NCBI RefSeq assembly: GCF_964204865.1
Contig: NC_135255.1
Coordinates: 7,998,001-8,062,000, forward strand
Source of the DNA: Styela clava
Lineage: Eukaryota
Direction: 5' to 3'
DNA: 64,000 bases
Shown: positions 13,401 to 28,022 of the stretch, one piece after another
How positions within the stretch are numbered: the first letter of the stretch is position 1
Layout: every line of letters starts with the position of its first letter
Position numbers and translations under genes: made by a program
Notes under the pieces: generated by a model
The model's input: only the letters and a program-made list of their open reading frames with translations
What the model was told of the DNA's origin: nothing
Database searches by the model: none

Positions 13401-16400
13401 TAGGACATTTTATTAGTTGAATAACGACGTCGGTATTCATACCGATGTTTGGTTGTAAAAGAAACCAGTGTCGGAATTAATTTGCGCTTTTAAATACACG
13501 CAGACACATGCGGCAAGAGGAATGCAGTTGCACTAACTTTTGCGTTATTGGCATTCTGTTAAATATCTAAATTCATTGAGAATTGTAAATAACACACACA
13601 ATTTATTCATCTCCCATGACTGTGAAAAACATATCGAACTACGGGCACTAGCAATCAAATGGTTAACATGATAAATCGCCAGGTCGACTATCCTCTCTCC
13701 GAATTAATATTGTATCTTAACATTAAGCTGTCGCAATTATTGTGCCGACGAAGAGTTATCAGAAAAGTAAAAACAAGTATAACAATTCCATACATAATAA
13801 TTAATATATAAATCATATTGGAAAAATTGCGCCCAAAATTGTCGTTCAAAACTCCTTGCTCGCTAACAAGTTGTCACTACCAATGGCCAAATAAACGGAT
13901 TTCAACATTTTGAATATTTTACAATATTCAGAGACGTTTTTATTGGAAGTGGTAACAAAAATAAGTACATATATAACGTATATTATACTAACCCTAGCGA
14001 ACTCCGATAAAATAGGCCTCCATCACATTGCTATTGATACCAGCCGCTTTCCGCAAAATTTCAGTCAGTGATCTGAAACGATATACGGTAACTCTGTAGT
14101 ACGGGAGAGACACCCTTGTGCCCTTTTGCACGCTACAAGTGCAAATCGCATTGAAGCGCATCATGCTCACTGCTGATTTGTAAATAAATCTACTTAACTG
14201 AAGGGATAATCTTTGTTAATTGGAACGTGAACGCATAGCGGAAAATATTTCGAATATAGCATTGGGTTTGCTGTATTTAGTTGGGCAAAACGATTCATTA
14301 AATTACGCAACATTTCGAAGTATTTGAAATAGGTCGAATAATCAACTATCCAATCTTATATTTGTCGGACATGCATGAAAGGTGGAAACGGCGGTTAAAT
14401 CGAACCTTCACGGCGTTTATGTGATCAAGGACGCTGGATCGTGATAGTAACATCGAAACTTTCGTTTTTGAATTACAACATCAAAATTGACTATGGGCCT
14501 GACCTGAGATAGATTTGTCATCAGTTACAACGCGTAACCAGTACGATATGTTACGCAACAGTTAATTTTTGTAGAAAATAATGTAGGCCTACATAACCCG
14601 TGAAATGTGAAGACATTGACATTTTTCGAAAACGGAAGCGCTATTTTAATAGAAATTCAATGGAAAATGCAAATTCGATTTTATTAAACGAGGCATATTC
14701 AAGCCATGCAATATTGAAGTATGACATCGCCAGTTCAGCCGGTCCCTTTTTTACAAGAAATACGCAACGAAAAATGCTTTGAATATGTACAAACAACAAT
14801 ATACACTCGAGCGCGTCTTAATTTCTGCATAATACCTTGTCTATTGGGCGGAATAACTTTGACGACGTCTTAACAAAAATAACGTATATCGTCATATTTT
14901 AACATGGTAATTAAAACATATCCCATGAGTGACGTGTTGGCTGCAATTACGCACTAGATTTTAACATTTGAGGTCATTCACGTGAGACATGAGCGGAATA
15001 ACTAATGCCTCATTAGAAACAACCAAGCAATTGAATAATTGTCGCAATACAGAACCCGATGGATGAACAGCTCATATGGCACAAAACCGATTATATATTA
15101 AATTGAAATATACTGATCAGCATGACAGGTGGAATATCATAATAATGTTATTAAATATTTCTTTTAGAATATCGAATATTATGAGTAACATTAAGAATAG
15201 GAACTCATTGTCAAGTTTCGTACTATCATTAGCATACATCCTGATCACGATTTGCTGATTTGGTACCGATGGTAGATAGTTTACAACTACAGAATTGTAC
15301 GCATTGAGAAAAAATTGTCCCCAATGATATCCATTATTTCGCGAGGAATGCGTCTGTCATCATGTTTACTGGTTTCTGGCAAAGTATTTGTAGCCAGCAC
15401 AATTTATCTAATACAGAATTATTTTTCAGTCAACAGTTGGTGTTAAAAATGTAGCAGCGATAGGAAGCATTCTCTGGTTGAAACGCGCCATTTTTATTCA
15501 TCAGTGTAAAAATTACGCAATGTCGTCACAAAATCAATTCAGTTATAACGGCTGACCGACGCGAGAAAAGCAAATTATTATCGATCCTATGGATTGAAAA
15601 TAGTCAATGATCAGCTGACGGCTGATATAGTCGCTCAAATGTTACAGTTGCAGTATTCAAAGAAAATGAACAGATATACAAACGCGGGCGAGTAATGTGT
15701 ACAAAGTCCTTGCACGCCGATCAATACCAACGCGCATTCTTAAATCACGTTTTCTTAACCAATGTACGAAACAGCTGAACTCCATAACCCATTTGCCCTG
15801 AAAAGCAAACAAACACCACAAACAGTTGTAACCTCGTAAATCGTCAAGTATTGACGACGTTAAGCGAACGATTTTCAAGCTCCGGTTTCTCTGCTCTGGC
15901 GGCGGTAATTTATCGTCTTAAACGATAAAGCGCTGATAATAATTTAATTGCAAAATTTAATGTATTTAAATCACTGTTTCGCACCATGTAGTCTCCCAAG
16001 TCCCACCACCATATCACGAGGAATCAGTAATATTAATAATGATAAATTATATAAAAGAGTAATTTACTTCAAAGTAAGTTAGTAGTATAATTTTTAACCG
16101 TTAAGATGATTTCCCTTTGAAATTGGAAAAAATGGATATGAAATTCTGTTTGAGCTCGTGTTTTTGCTGTCTCCATATCAGCGTCAACGTTGATATTTGC
16201 TACAAGTCTCTCGAGACCAATAGAATGTTTATTTGTACAAGCAGAATATTACCGACTGACACAGGCTCACCCTCAAGTCGTGACCGGATCATCCGACAAT
16301 GATAGTCAGCAAATTTTTAGAATCGACTTTGCCAAAGTTAAAACTTTAAGGGCCATTGACGCGCAAAAGCATACCCTTTTTGCCGATTAGGTGCTCAAGT

Positions 16401-19400
16401 AATGATACAATTTATTTTAAAGTAGTAAGTAAGCCCACTCAAACTAGTTTAAATCGCGAAAAATGTCAAGTGCAAGTTATACAAAACAATCAACAACTAT
16501 AACTTAGGAAACATCATACAAATTCATTTCAATACGACAGTAGAGACGACAAACGACAGACTGCGACAATATAGGCTAAACTGCTGTTTTAATAAGCCCC
16601 AGAACGGAAATATTATAAAGCGTCAAATACCATAAAAATAAATACGATGCTGTTGTAGAATAAACGGCACACAGGTTCAATCATACGACAAAGGGGTCCA
16701 AAAGTTGCTCACGATGCTAAAAGAATAATAATAATTGAACAATACCTTGTTGAAACGAAGGTAAATCGGTCTAACCAATAGGTCGGTTCGGGGCTCAAAG
16801 CGGAAATGTCAGATGTATATCGAACAAGAGATATATCCGTTACATTCTCTAACCGCATGGATGAAAGTGTACGCGTGTACCTAAACGCCTTTCCATATTT
16901 TTTCTCGTCAAATATGTAAAAAAAACGACGATCTGGTAGTCTCTGGAGCGTATTCAACAAAACTCAATTAAACCATTTTCTAGCTCTGGTTTTAATGTCG
17001 ACCGGGCAATATTTTAGAACAAATGGAGCAATTATGTCGAATGACAGCTCGCTAAAGATTGTGAAAACTTGGTGGGCCACCGTGAAACATATAAACAATT
17101 CATCTACTGGATATTTTCATTCTTTTCTAAGTGCTGATAGTCACTAACTTGAATTTTTGATTATACTGAAGAATATTTTGTATATCCGATTTTAACTAAT
17201 TCAACAAAAGCGTTCTCTCAACAACTATATAAATATCCAACATGTGGCTTCCACAAAAAAATCTATTCTAATTGATATTTGCTTCGATTTAATACATTCC
17301 TAATACATAACTTAAAGCACCGAGTTCACACCAAGTGTTTAAGACATTTCAAATGCGAAAACAAAAATATTTTGTTCGGTAGGTAGGTAGTTAACACGTG
17401 ACGCTCAGTGAAAAATGACAGAGCAAATAGCCATAAAACTGATAAATCAAACATTACCACGAGTAGGTTCGCCGTCCCATTTTACGTATAAATGTAGGCG
17501 GTTAAAAGTGATCTGCTTTTAATATGATGGTCTATTATGTTTTCTATCGAATCAAAAACTAAATGCGGCCGCTTATATACACTTTTACTTCATGTCATAT
17601 GTGAAATTGCAAGCACAGGTAACACAAAACGCGAACTTCTAGTAGACTATTATATTGACCTTCCTTCTCACACGGAACCAAAGGTAATCCAATAATAAGC
17701 TAAATACAAACACAAAAACTTCCGGTCTTGGACCTTTCAACAAAATCGCTTAAGCGCTGCAAGCTTTATTTATACTGTATGCATTCTTACAAATTCGTAA
17801 AAGGTCACCATACCAAGCTTATAACGTTGACAGACTGAAGATTTTTATGATCTTTCTGCCTGGAGCGTAAGAACGTGCTCAAACAATTCTGTGATGAAGT
17901 TTTACAACGTAGTTTAGGAATCATTAATAAATGACACACAGCCGCATTAAAATCAACCCTTTTTATCGCGATAAATTGACGAATTGTTAGTAACTACCTG
18001 CTACCTTATATCGCATAAATATAGGCAATATTATCGTATTATACATCTGTCGATAATAAAGAATATTTAACATCTTCGGTCAGTGAACATGTCGGTCATG
18101 TACACTCGAACAGCGTCGCCTATGTGAAGTAACACTTCACCATTGTTGCTTGCTAATTTTTTGCGCCTAAAAACGTCAGTCTTTGGAAAATAGATTCGTC
18201 ATGAGAAATTTCTATTTCGACCAGTTGGTTACGCAACTAGGTTTCGTATGACTAAAAGGTGGAATAGAATTCATATAATTCTTGCTATAACTAAAAGTTT
18301 TTCCTGCTACTAAAAGTTTTTTCAAGCTTAGTGGGGATGTACGAACGCCCTTCCTTTTTCACATAGGCTACATCTTAATCAGGCTAACAGTTTAATTGCC
18401 GTCACATATATTCACAGAACACTTGAACTTAATGAAACATGTCCATCATATAAAGACCTGACAGTTTGGACGGTAACGATAAATTTAGAAGATTCTACTC
18501 CTGAAGAACGCTACAGCGACTATGATGAAATTTAACGAGTACATTCAATTGAGCAGTAAATATTTCGTCAGAAATATCCCCAACTTTATTATTTGACTAG
18601 ACATGAAGATAATTTTTCTTTAAGAAAAAACATTATTATGCGTGGACAACGTGACAAGACGCTGCTGATTGACTGTTAAAAATCACCGGGACAGTGATAA
18701 GATGACGTATGCAAACGTCACGGAGTCATACGAGTTCACAAAACGTTTATTGTATCACAGTCAGTGCTACGTCTATTGTACTTCTGGTAAAGAATAAGTA
18801 ATTTATGCATCAGGAAAAGGCGTATGACTCGCAACACCCAAAATGAAACATTCAATAACACATATTTCCAAAAATGGTGCGATCGTATAACATTGCGTTG
18901 ATTTGTAAATAGAATTTGGGAAAAAATGTTGGAAATATCCCGGCAACTTTTGTTTGGCCTCCGTTTACCCCATCGGATATATTTCAATTATATAAAATAA
19001 CAATACCGTATGCCCATTAATCAAAATTTGTATGTTCATCTTTTTCAATCCAAATCCAGAGTTATTTTTAATAAAGACGAAAATATCCCGGTGCGTTTTA
19101 ACCCACTTGATTGCATTATATATAGGACATTCCACTAACGAGACGAACTCTAATATTTTTTATATGAGTCACATGTTACGGTCATAAATTTTAAGAAAGT
19201 AAATGAATATAAAGAAATAGTAAAATGACCGAGAAGGAAATAAATCAAACTAAGCGAGAAATGAGCGGTTAAAGTATATTTGTCTTGTGTATTGTAACAG
19301 GGGGTTTACTAGTACATTTTCGTTATTTAGTGTATACTGTCCTACTACAGTACTGTAAGGTGGTAGTATTAATGCTGTTATATTTACATGTTGCGCAACT

Positions 19401-20531
19401 GTATCTTAGTACTAAAACATATTGCTTATTTATGGTACAGATGCCGTCACATTTGAGAGCAAATATTATACAGTATAATTTATGTATACACAGAATGGAC
19501 AACATACAACAAGCTCAGAGATACAGAACTCGTTTATACTAAACAGGACTCAATTATAACAAAGAAGCAAACTCAAATTGTCCCCGGAAATGCTTCGGAC
19601 AAAGAATCATAAACAATGTATCGAAAAGTAAATAACTCGAACGACTTCTGGCATTTTCATATCGCATAATCCACGTATGCTGATAAAATGTGAAAGGTTA
19701 GAAGCGAACTCAACCAATCTCCAAAAAATATATAAATGAATATTTAGGTGCTACCTTAATGTACATTTGTTTGCGCCAAAACACGATTAGCGGAAGAACA
19801 AAACGAATAGACCAAGAGAGAGAGAGTTACAGCTAGAAAAAATCGATGCCCATGCAAAGAAATGCAACTGCATAATTCGCCGACAAACTTTATTACCGTC
19901 GTAAAATCCAAAATCAAGGCTATAAATGAATTGATTGGATTTTTAATGATATGAAACAAAAGTAGGACTGAAACTAGTATCGTAAACTAGAGCCATGCTT
20001 TTAGTAACAATCAATTTGGTCGTTTCGATTTTACGTGTCACTTCGTAATGTTCAGATAAGGGTTACGAATATTACAAATTACCTCACTTCAAGCAACCGA
20101 CGACAAATATTTTCTTGTGTGTAAATGCCCCAGACGTTAATCTTGATAGGAACAATAATTTCAGGAAAATCTGAATCAGCGATCGCACAGACCGTCTTCA
20201 ATAATACATGGGTTTCTCGTAATCGAACTTGCTACCTAAATACAACCGAATGTCTCGATACCAATCACTGATTGTATTACCGTAAATATTAATTTCAAGT
20301 GACTATCTATATAACACTACATTTGCCCACGCTTCATAACCATACCCCTCTGCCATTCATTAAACGACACGACGCCGCGGGCAAGCGATGTCAATCATGT
20401 TAAAGCGGGCGTATCAATATGACCATGGTAGCCAAAATTGCGCGAATCTCTTATCAAAACACTCGATTATATTTTAGGACGAACTTCAGATATATTAACT
20501 AGAGCTCATTTGTGTTCTACATAATATATAC

Positions 20532-21584
20532 TAGAGATGTACCGATACCAGCTAAAAATGCCGATACCGATACGCCGATACTACAAAAAGGCCGATATTA
20601 CCGATACTATGTAATTATTACTTAATTAGGTATGCTGTGTAGGGCAGACGGGTTAAAACAATGGTCTTTGAGCGTTGTTCATAGTACACATTATTTCAGA
20701 TCGAAAAAAAATATAGCCTATAACATAATATGAAATTAATGTTTGGTATCCATATGCTGTAACTGATTAAGATACATTGTACAGTAACGCTAGTAATCTC
20801 GGTGTTCAATTAGAAAACTCATAAGCCGGGATGTCCAATTTGAATTTAATGTTAATATCGCGAGCTTCGAATATCGTTATTCGTGTTTAAAAGAATATCG
20901 AATATCACCCACACATTCTAGCGCCGCCGTCCTACGTTCAAATTAAAAGCATTTTACAAATATTTTATTTAGTGGCTAATCGTAATCGTCGACGCAATAA
21001 GTCGTAAGTAGATATATTTTGAGACAGTCTAGGGCTAGGCGGTCAAGTCAATATATCTATAAAGAAATCGTGTAGTTAAGCAGAATTAAAATTAATACCT
21101 GTGTAGTGGGATAATTGTGTCGGAATTTAGTTTATCGATGTCGACGGACTAAATGACACTCGTACTTGACGACAAACTGGCACTATACCCGTGCCAAAAG
21201 TCCATGTGCCGTTAATAAGGAAGGACCCCAATTCCACTGTATGATTTAAAACTGGGCGCCTGGTTGCTTTTAGTTATGTGCTGTGTTGATATATTTCTTC
21301 ATAAAAACTATGTAATATTAAAAATGTCAATATAAAAATTTGTCAGCAAAAATAGCCAAATTAGTTTAGCTGATAAATAGCTAAAAACACGTGAATCCTA
21401 TTCTCTCGCGGGGGTGGGGACATGTATGGCTCATAGCTCACGATCTCTACAGACAAAAATAAATTAAAAAGTAGTATTCCAACTTATCTTTTGAAAACAT
21501 TCTGGACCATATCAAAAAGGTAAATATATCGGAAATATCGGCCTTACTCTAACCGATACATGGCCGATACCCGATACATCTCTA
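20532..21584. mobile_element. Non-autonomous hAT-type element with (CCGATA)n subterminal repeats, family B copy 1
   Basis: Starts TAGAGATGTACCGAT, ends TACATCTCTA, perfect 8-bp TSD ATATATAC. Highly similar to 48438-49717. Confidence 0.93.
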
Positions 21585-22570
21585 ATATATACCCAACCGC
21601 ATACTACAGAAGTAACTCAGTGTAACATAATATACAAATGCAAAGGCGTGTGTGTAGATGCCGACAATCTATTCAAAACAATCACATAGCGCGATTTTCC
21701 ATGCATCGTGGTAGCATGAATGAATGATTACAAGCGGTGGATTGGCATGCTTTATTCCTGCGTGGAATAACTTTGTACAAAAGAATTGCCTGATCAACTT
21801 TTTGCTCATCGGAATTTATTTCCTCATGAAAAATAGTTTTTTGGCCTCCGTCCAGACCACCAAGCTGTAACTAATTTCATGACCCCCCTCCCCTTTAGTA
21901 TCCTTGGCTGTGCTCCTGTTATTTATCTCTATTTTGGCTGTACCTAAGCACAGTTCAAAGCATATACTAGATTTAGAAGTAAGGTTAATAGCAAATCAAT
22001 CTGTTCTATTTCGAATTTTTGAAAATTATCCGGTTATTCCAGGTGATGTTTCCTGCATGTTCAACAACACTACCAACTTAATTCCTTTCTCTGAGAAAAC
22101 AATTACAATCTCTAATAATATGCTATATTTTCGATTCATAAGGCACTTATATCAATCCATCTTTTCTATTACTACAGCAATAATACTACAGTTCACAGTG
22201 CTTGCAATTCAACATGACAAGCAATTAAGAATCACAGCATGTGTTCATGTGACACAATAATTAACACCACTGTGTAAATTGCCATCAATTGGGTGAGCAA
22301 TTTGAATGCTATTTCATTGATCCTAAGTATTGATTCTCAAGTGTATTGGTGAACAAATCTATTGTGAAAGCAATGACAAGACATTTACATTATTTTTTTT
22401 TAATCAATGTGTAATGTTTTAGGGTGTCATACGATCTGATAATGTATTACTAAGACTCCATATGAAATTGTTATGTTACATTACGAAAGGTAGGATATTT
22501 TATGAAACATCCACAAACATTTTTTATGTTTCCAGATAAACCTACTTTTACACCTGATATAATGTCAGTT

Positions 22571-22773
22571 GGTGACCGTACATTTGAACCCATGTACATT
22601 TGAACCCATGCGTATATCCACGGGTTCAATCTATATGCGGGTGCTAAAACCCATGGGTTAGGGTTAGTATGGGTTTAACTATCCGTGAAACAAAAAAAAT
22701 TCCATAGGTGCAATAGCATACAGGTGAAATTGTCATGGGTTCAAATGTACGTGGGTTCAAATGTAATGGAACC
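22571..22773. mobile_element. Palindromic MITE with GG..CC termini (Merlin-like)
   Basis: Perfect 8-bp TSD TGTCAGTT. Arms are built of TACATTTGAACCCATG units in inverted orientation, with internal GGGTTAGGGTTAG. The superfamily is inferred from the GG termini plus 8-bp TSD. Confidence 0.8.
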
Positions 22774-24656
22774 TGTCAGTTACCAATGTATGAAACCAAA
22801 TATTTGATGGTATGAAAAACTAACAGTATATGTATAACAATCATTATTCACAATTTATGAAGCGAGTGCACAATCATGGAGAATATCTGCTGTTATTTCC
22901 TTAGATCATTGTGTAGAGTAACTATTGCAGATAACTTACTTTATCCACTCTGAATATTATAATAATATAGTCTTACTTACGAGCATGGTCTTGTTATCAG
23001 TATGCAAATAAAAACGAATCAATTTAATCAAAATACAGAATAAATCATATTCAAAATTTGACAATAAAAAATTACAGTAAAGCTGTGAATTTCCTGTGAT
23101 GCAGACTACTCTTTACAAAAGATGCAACTGTAACAAAGGTATGTTTGGATTTTTGTTGTTATAAATTTGTAGCATTTGAGAGTGAATTACATTGAAATAT
23201 AAACCATTGAGATATCCATTCCTGCACTTTGCATTAGAGTTCAATTTATTTTATTACAATATCAAATTGAATACATGTAAATCTTTCATTCTTTCACGTG
23301 GTATTTGTAATTCATATAAAATTATAATTTGTCATTTGGACCATGGTTTAATGATATATTTAAATTTTAATATTGTTGCTAGTGAAAATTCTAGTCAGAA
23401 AAAAGTTTAGCAGGGTTTTAGTGTTCTTCAATTTATACTTGAAAAATACTCAAAACTAAGAGCCAGGAGTAAAAAAAAAATATATAGCCTACATATGCAT
23501 CTCTTCAATTGGTTGAGAAACAATATTGGCAACAAATAATTTGATTTAACATGCAGACATTACTGAAAAAAAAGGAATGGCAACAATTTCCACAAATAGG
23601 CTAAACAATTGTGACGTCAATCAGTTTTGCTATGGTAGACAATGTCAAAGTCATGTTATGTAATATTTCAATATCAGCTCCTGAACAGCTCAGGGTGGCA
23701 TATAGCATTTGCAGCCTGTTGTATATCAATTTTCAATGGCTCACAAAATGATACGGTAGTTCTTTTTATTACCGAAAAGTATAAATGGAACATGATATAT
23801 TCAAAACACTGGAACAGGTGACAACATAGACTATCACACTTTTGTCAGTTCATTGGACAAATTGCAGTTTCATTTCTATACCTCTACTCCAGCAGTTGAA
23901 ATGTAATTTATGTCCGGTAACCACCTAGATATTTTTAAAATCTTTACCAGCCAAATGAATATTAATGCTAAACAGAAATATAACTTTCGATGAACTCATT
24001 CCCAGCTCAGATATTAAAGTTTTATTGAAATCCCCTCATTTCTGCATTTATTTGAAATGATGAAACCACAAAAATTTTGAATAGCAATAGCTGAATAGAG
24101 GTAAACAATGTGTATTCTATTGATGACAGCATCCCAACTTCTGAACTTCAATTCATTCCACAGTCCAGCAGTCTCACCTGCAAGCCTGACCTAAAACACA
24201 CATCTTGCTGTTATCCTCATGGTGCCCTCTTTTTAAGGTAATCTCGTTTCAACTCTCGCAATTGCAAAATTCAACATTTTCACCTGTGTATAAACATACG
24301 GTACCGGTACTCCAAATGTACGGTACCGGTATGTCATTATCTAAGTCCCCACGTCAGAACATGGAAACATGAAAAGTATACAAAAAGCGATCGTGATGGA
24401 GAAGCTCCGTCAGAAGCGGATTACCAGCGCCACACTTTCTTGAAACAATAAATTGTGGTAAAATAATCTCCATATTAATGCAGATTTCAAAAATGAACAA
24501 GTATGTCAAGATATTTATTTAAATGATACCTTATAAATAGATCAGAATTACATAAACTTGTTGTTAACTATGAAATAGTACGAAACAAGTGAAATGTACC
24601 AAAATGAGCATTTCTCGAACCTATTCTAACCACCACTAGATGACCTCATACATCAT

Positions 24657-24670
24657 GTCGCCATGACGAC
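24657..24670. promoter_or_regulatory. RFX X-box-like motif upstream of DNALI1
   Basis: GTCGCCATGACGAC is a near-palindromic match to GTTGCCATGGCAAC, ~130 bp before the ATG of a motile-cilia gene. Confidence 0.65.
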
Positions 24671-24801
24671 TACCGACGACGCCATGTTTTTCGTTGTTGT
24701 TGCTTAGTTCGACCGTTTTTGGTTTCGAGTCTTCAGAATTTTGTTCAAATTTTGCAGTATTTATAATATATTAGATCGATAGTTAAATATATCATTTCAA
24801 A

Positions 24802-27800
24802 ATGATTCCTCCTAATTCTTCACTACTAAAGTACGACAATCCAGTCCTTGTCAGCCGGAACACAGAGAAGAAAACGCCAAAGGTTTTTAAATTTACCTAA
24901 TCTACTCCCTGTGCATACCGTTAGCTAGCCATCCTTTCTAAATTAAAAATACGGAAACTGATATTAGGAATATCATATTTTTACCCAAACGTTACCTCAG
25001 AATACGACCATTTTGCCTGCAACACTAAATTCACGTAAAAGGTGATTTTTTCTACAAAAATTAATTCTGCATAATTAGTAAAATGTTGCTAGGTGTTGCA
25101 GGTTGCAGGTTTGTTTGCACAACTTTGGTCAGCTTTGGTCATTTTCTTGCAATATGCAGATATATCTGAATTACCTCTTCCTTAGGCTAAACTAAAGAAT
25201 TGTGCAGTAGCTATAATACGAGATATACCAAATTTATTTTCAGGCACGTGCACTTAAAGTCAGTCCACAGCAAGCGCCTGGAGCGGGACCAATTCCAGGC
25301 CCACCAAAGGGTGGAAGACTTTCTCCAATTGATTCGAGTAAACAACAACAAACAGATGAAATACTGAACAGCATTTTGCCTCCCAGAGAATGGAATGAAG
25401 CAGGACAGTTATGGGTTCAACAGGTAAATTCTATTGATTAATTTTAAATGAATATTAAATTCATAGACAGTTTTTTTTTTATCTGGAAAGCATTTCTTCC
25501 AAGAGTGAAATTGTTGAGTTATTTGTGTTTTGTAATGTGTATGAACACATTATCCCTTTAAAAAGTGCAAAAGCAAAAGTGTGAGTCGCAAGTCACACTA
25601 ATGATTTTTTGAAATAAATGAAATATTGCCAAGGGTAGAATATACGATAAAGAAAGTTTGGGAATCATTGGCATAAACGTAAAAATATCTGGTCAAGTAT
25701 GAAATAATAAAGAATATTTTTAATAACTAATAGCAATAATTTTGCAGCAATTAATAAATATGACAATTTTTTTGAGGCTTGTTATTGCAATATATTCAGG
25801 TTTCTAGTACTCCTGCAACAAGGCTTGATGTGGTCAACCTTCAGGAAGAATTAGACAAACGTCTACAACAAAGACAAGCCAGAGAAACTGGAATTTGTCC
25901 AGTCAGACGCGAATTGTATTCACAGTGTTTTGGTATATACTTCGTTTTACTTGTAGTAGCTCATTTTTTTACAGAAAATGGATTCAAAATTTCACAAAAA
26001 CACTTCCTAAATGCTCAAATATTATTGATGTTTTCAGATGAGCTGATTCGCCAGGTAACAATCAACTGTGCAGAACGAGGTCTTCTGCTATTGAGAGTTC
26101 GAGATGAGATTAGAATGACTATTGCAGCATATCAGACATTGTATGAGAGCAGTGTGGCTTTTGGAATGAGAAAAGCTCTACAGGCGGAACAAGGAAAGTC
26201 AGACATGGAAAAGAAAGTGAGTTTTAGTTTGATTGTGCCTATCTGTGACCTCGGCTTCCATCACAACAATGCACTTGAAGGCAAACAAAACAATTTTCTG
26301 TGATACCTGTACTGTATTCATTGCTGCTGTGTCTGTGGAATGTCATTCCCATGGTTACCTTGTTTGGCAGTGCTCGGAGTCTTATTTTTGTAAGTTACGA
26401 GTTTGTTTTATTGCAGTAAACCAGGGTTGTGCAACAGGTGGCCCACGGGCCACAGCCTGGCCCATCAAGCCATTTCATTGTATCTTTTTCAACATGGAAA
26501 AACTACATTATTGATTGGCCCAGCTAGATGTCTGAAGTTGGTTATATGGCCCACCGACAAAAAATGTTGCTCACCCCTGCTGTGAACTTTTTTAATGATA
26601 TGTTCAACTTTTTTTCTCCTGTAATAATTACTGTTAGACTTAATCACGGGTGTCCCTGCCCATTAATCAGTATTGGTGTTTCACTCCTTGAAATGCCATA
26701 TTTACGTTTCTCCATTATATTGCTCATATAAAGTGAATTTTATTTTCAAATGATTGCTGTATGAAACAGTCAGACTGTCACTACAGTGTTTATGTGAATC
26801 ATGATCAGAACAAACATAACCACGCCGATTGGTTTCACATTCGATATTAAATGATCATGATAGATTTGATTACATACATATTTTATTATGATATTTTATG
26901 TTGATATCAGTTAAAATAGTTGTTCTTGGGAACGATTGATGATAAACATTATTTACATTTTCCCAAGGATTCGAACGCTCAGTTCCAATAATCTATTCTC
27001 CCATTTAGGATGCTTTTGTACATATCAATCTGTTTTTCATCACGTCAATCGTGTGTCTTTGCAGAAACCAAACATAATTTTAGTTATTGCTTCAACCATG
27101 TATTACGCCCTGTAATTGGGTAAATATTACCTTAGTTTGATTCGTCCAGGGCTAATATATGTTATCAAGTTATTAATTTTAATAGAACGCAGATCTTGAA
27201 AATGAAAAGAGAGAACTTGAACGTACTGTGAATGAATTGAAAGCCAAATGTGAATCGATTGAAAAGAGGGAAGCAGAGAGAAGACAGGTTGAAGAAAAGA
27301 AACATTCTGAGGAAATCCAATTCTTAAAACGAACAAATCAACAACTGAAGGTGTGGATTGTGTACTATTCTTTGAATCATGAAAATTACTGCAGATCTTT
27401 TAAATTGAGGGAAACATAATTACTTTTGTAACTCCTATAAATTTATTTTGAAATTGTCCTTCAAATAATGATTAGATACTAACTTAAAAACAACCTATTT
27501 ATTCGTAATGATTTCAAACACATTTTTTCTCAAAATTTCATCATTCCCCCTTTTTCCTAAAACACTTCAATATCAATCTTTTAAATTTCCAACTGGTTAA
27601 AGTGAGAGTTGAATAAAATATTAATTGGCGTAATATAATCACAAAACTGCTGGAAAGTTTTGAGTTTTTCGTGCTATATTCCAAAACTGAAATAGATTTG
27701 TTCACAGTTGGAATCTGCAACAAACTGGAATTGTTATGAAATTTTTAAAAGTTATAGATAAGCTGACAAAATTGTAATATGTTATAAAGCAAACAACCTG

Positions 27801-28022
27801 AGAACTCACATTATTTATTTCATACCAGTTGTGCATGTCGTACTATTAATAAATTCGGTAGCAAACTACTCTCTATTTCCATTCCACTGTTGGAGCTACG
27901 TTTTTCATCATTTTTTTCTTACGTTTTGTCACAATAATATACATTTCTCTTATTTAATTCTAACTCTTCACTCTATTCTATTTCAGACTCAATTGGAAGG
28001 TATAATAGCACCAAAGAAGTGA
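24802..28022 (+). CDS. DNALI1: Axonemal dynein light intermediate chain 1 (inner-arm p28), 257 aa
   Basis: Exons 24802-24882, 25244-25423, 25800-25932, 26038-26216, 27186-27350, 27987-28022. Translation MIPPNSSLLKYDNPVLVSRN...QARETGICPVRRELYSQCFDELIRQVTINCAERGLLLLRVRDE...QLEGIIAPKK* matches the p28/DNALI1 family end to end. Confidence 0.97.
26422..26579. mobile_element. Short hAT-type MITE in DNALI1 intron 4
   Basis: Termini CAGGGTTGTGCAAC / GTTGCTCACCCCTG, GGCCC-rich subtermini, degenerate TSD CAGTAAAC/CTGTGAAC. Confidence 0.7.

Noticed and set aside
13400-24600. Assorted 60-118 aa ORFs in the intergenic region
   Set aside because: No domain motifs and no phase-consistent exon chain; consistent with random ORFs in AT-rich DNA.
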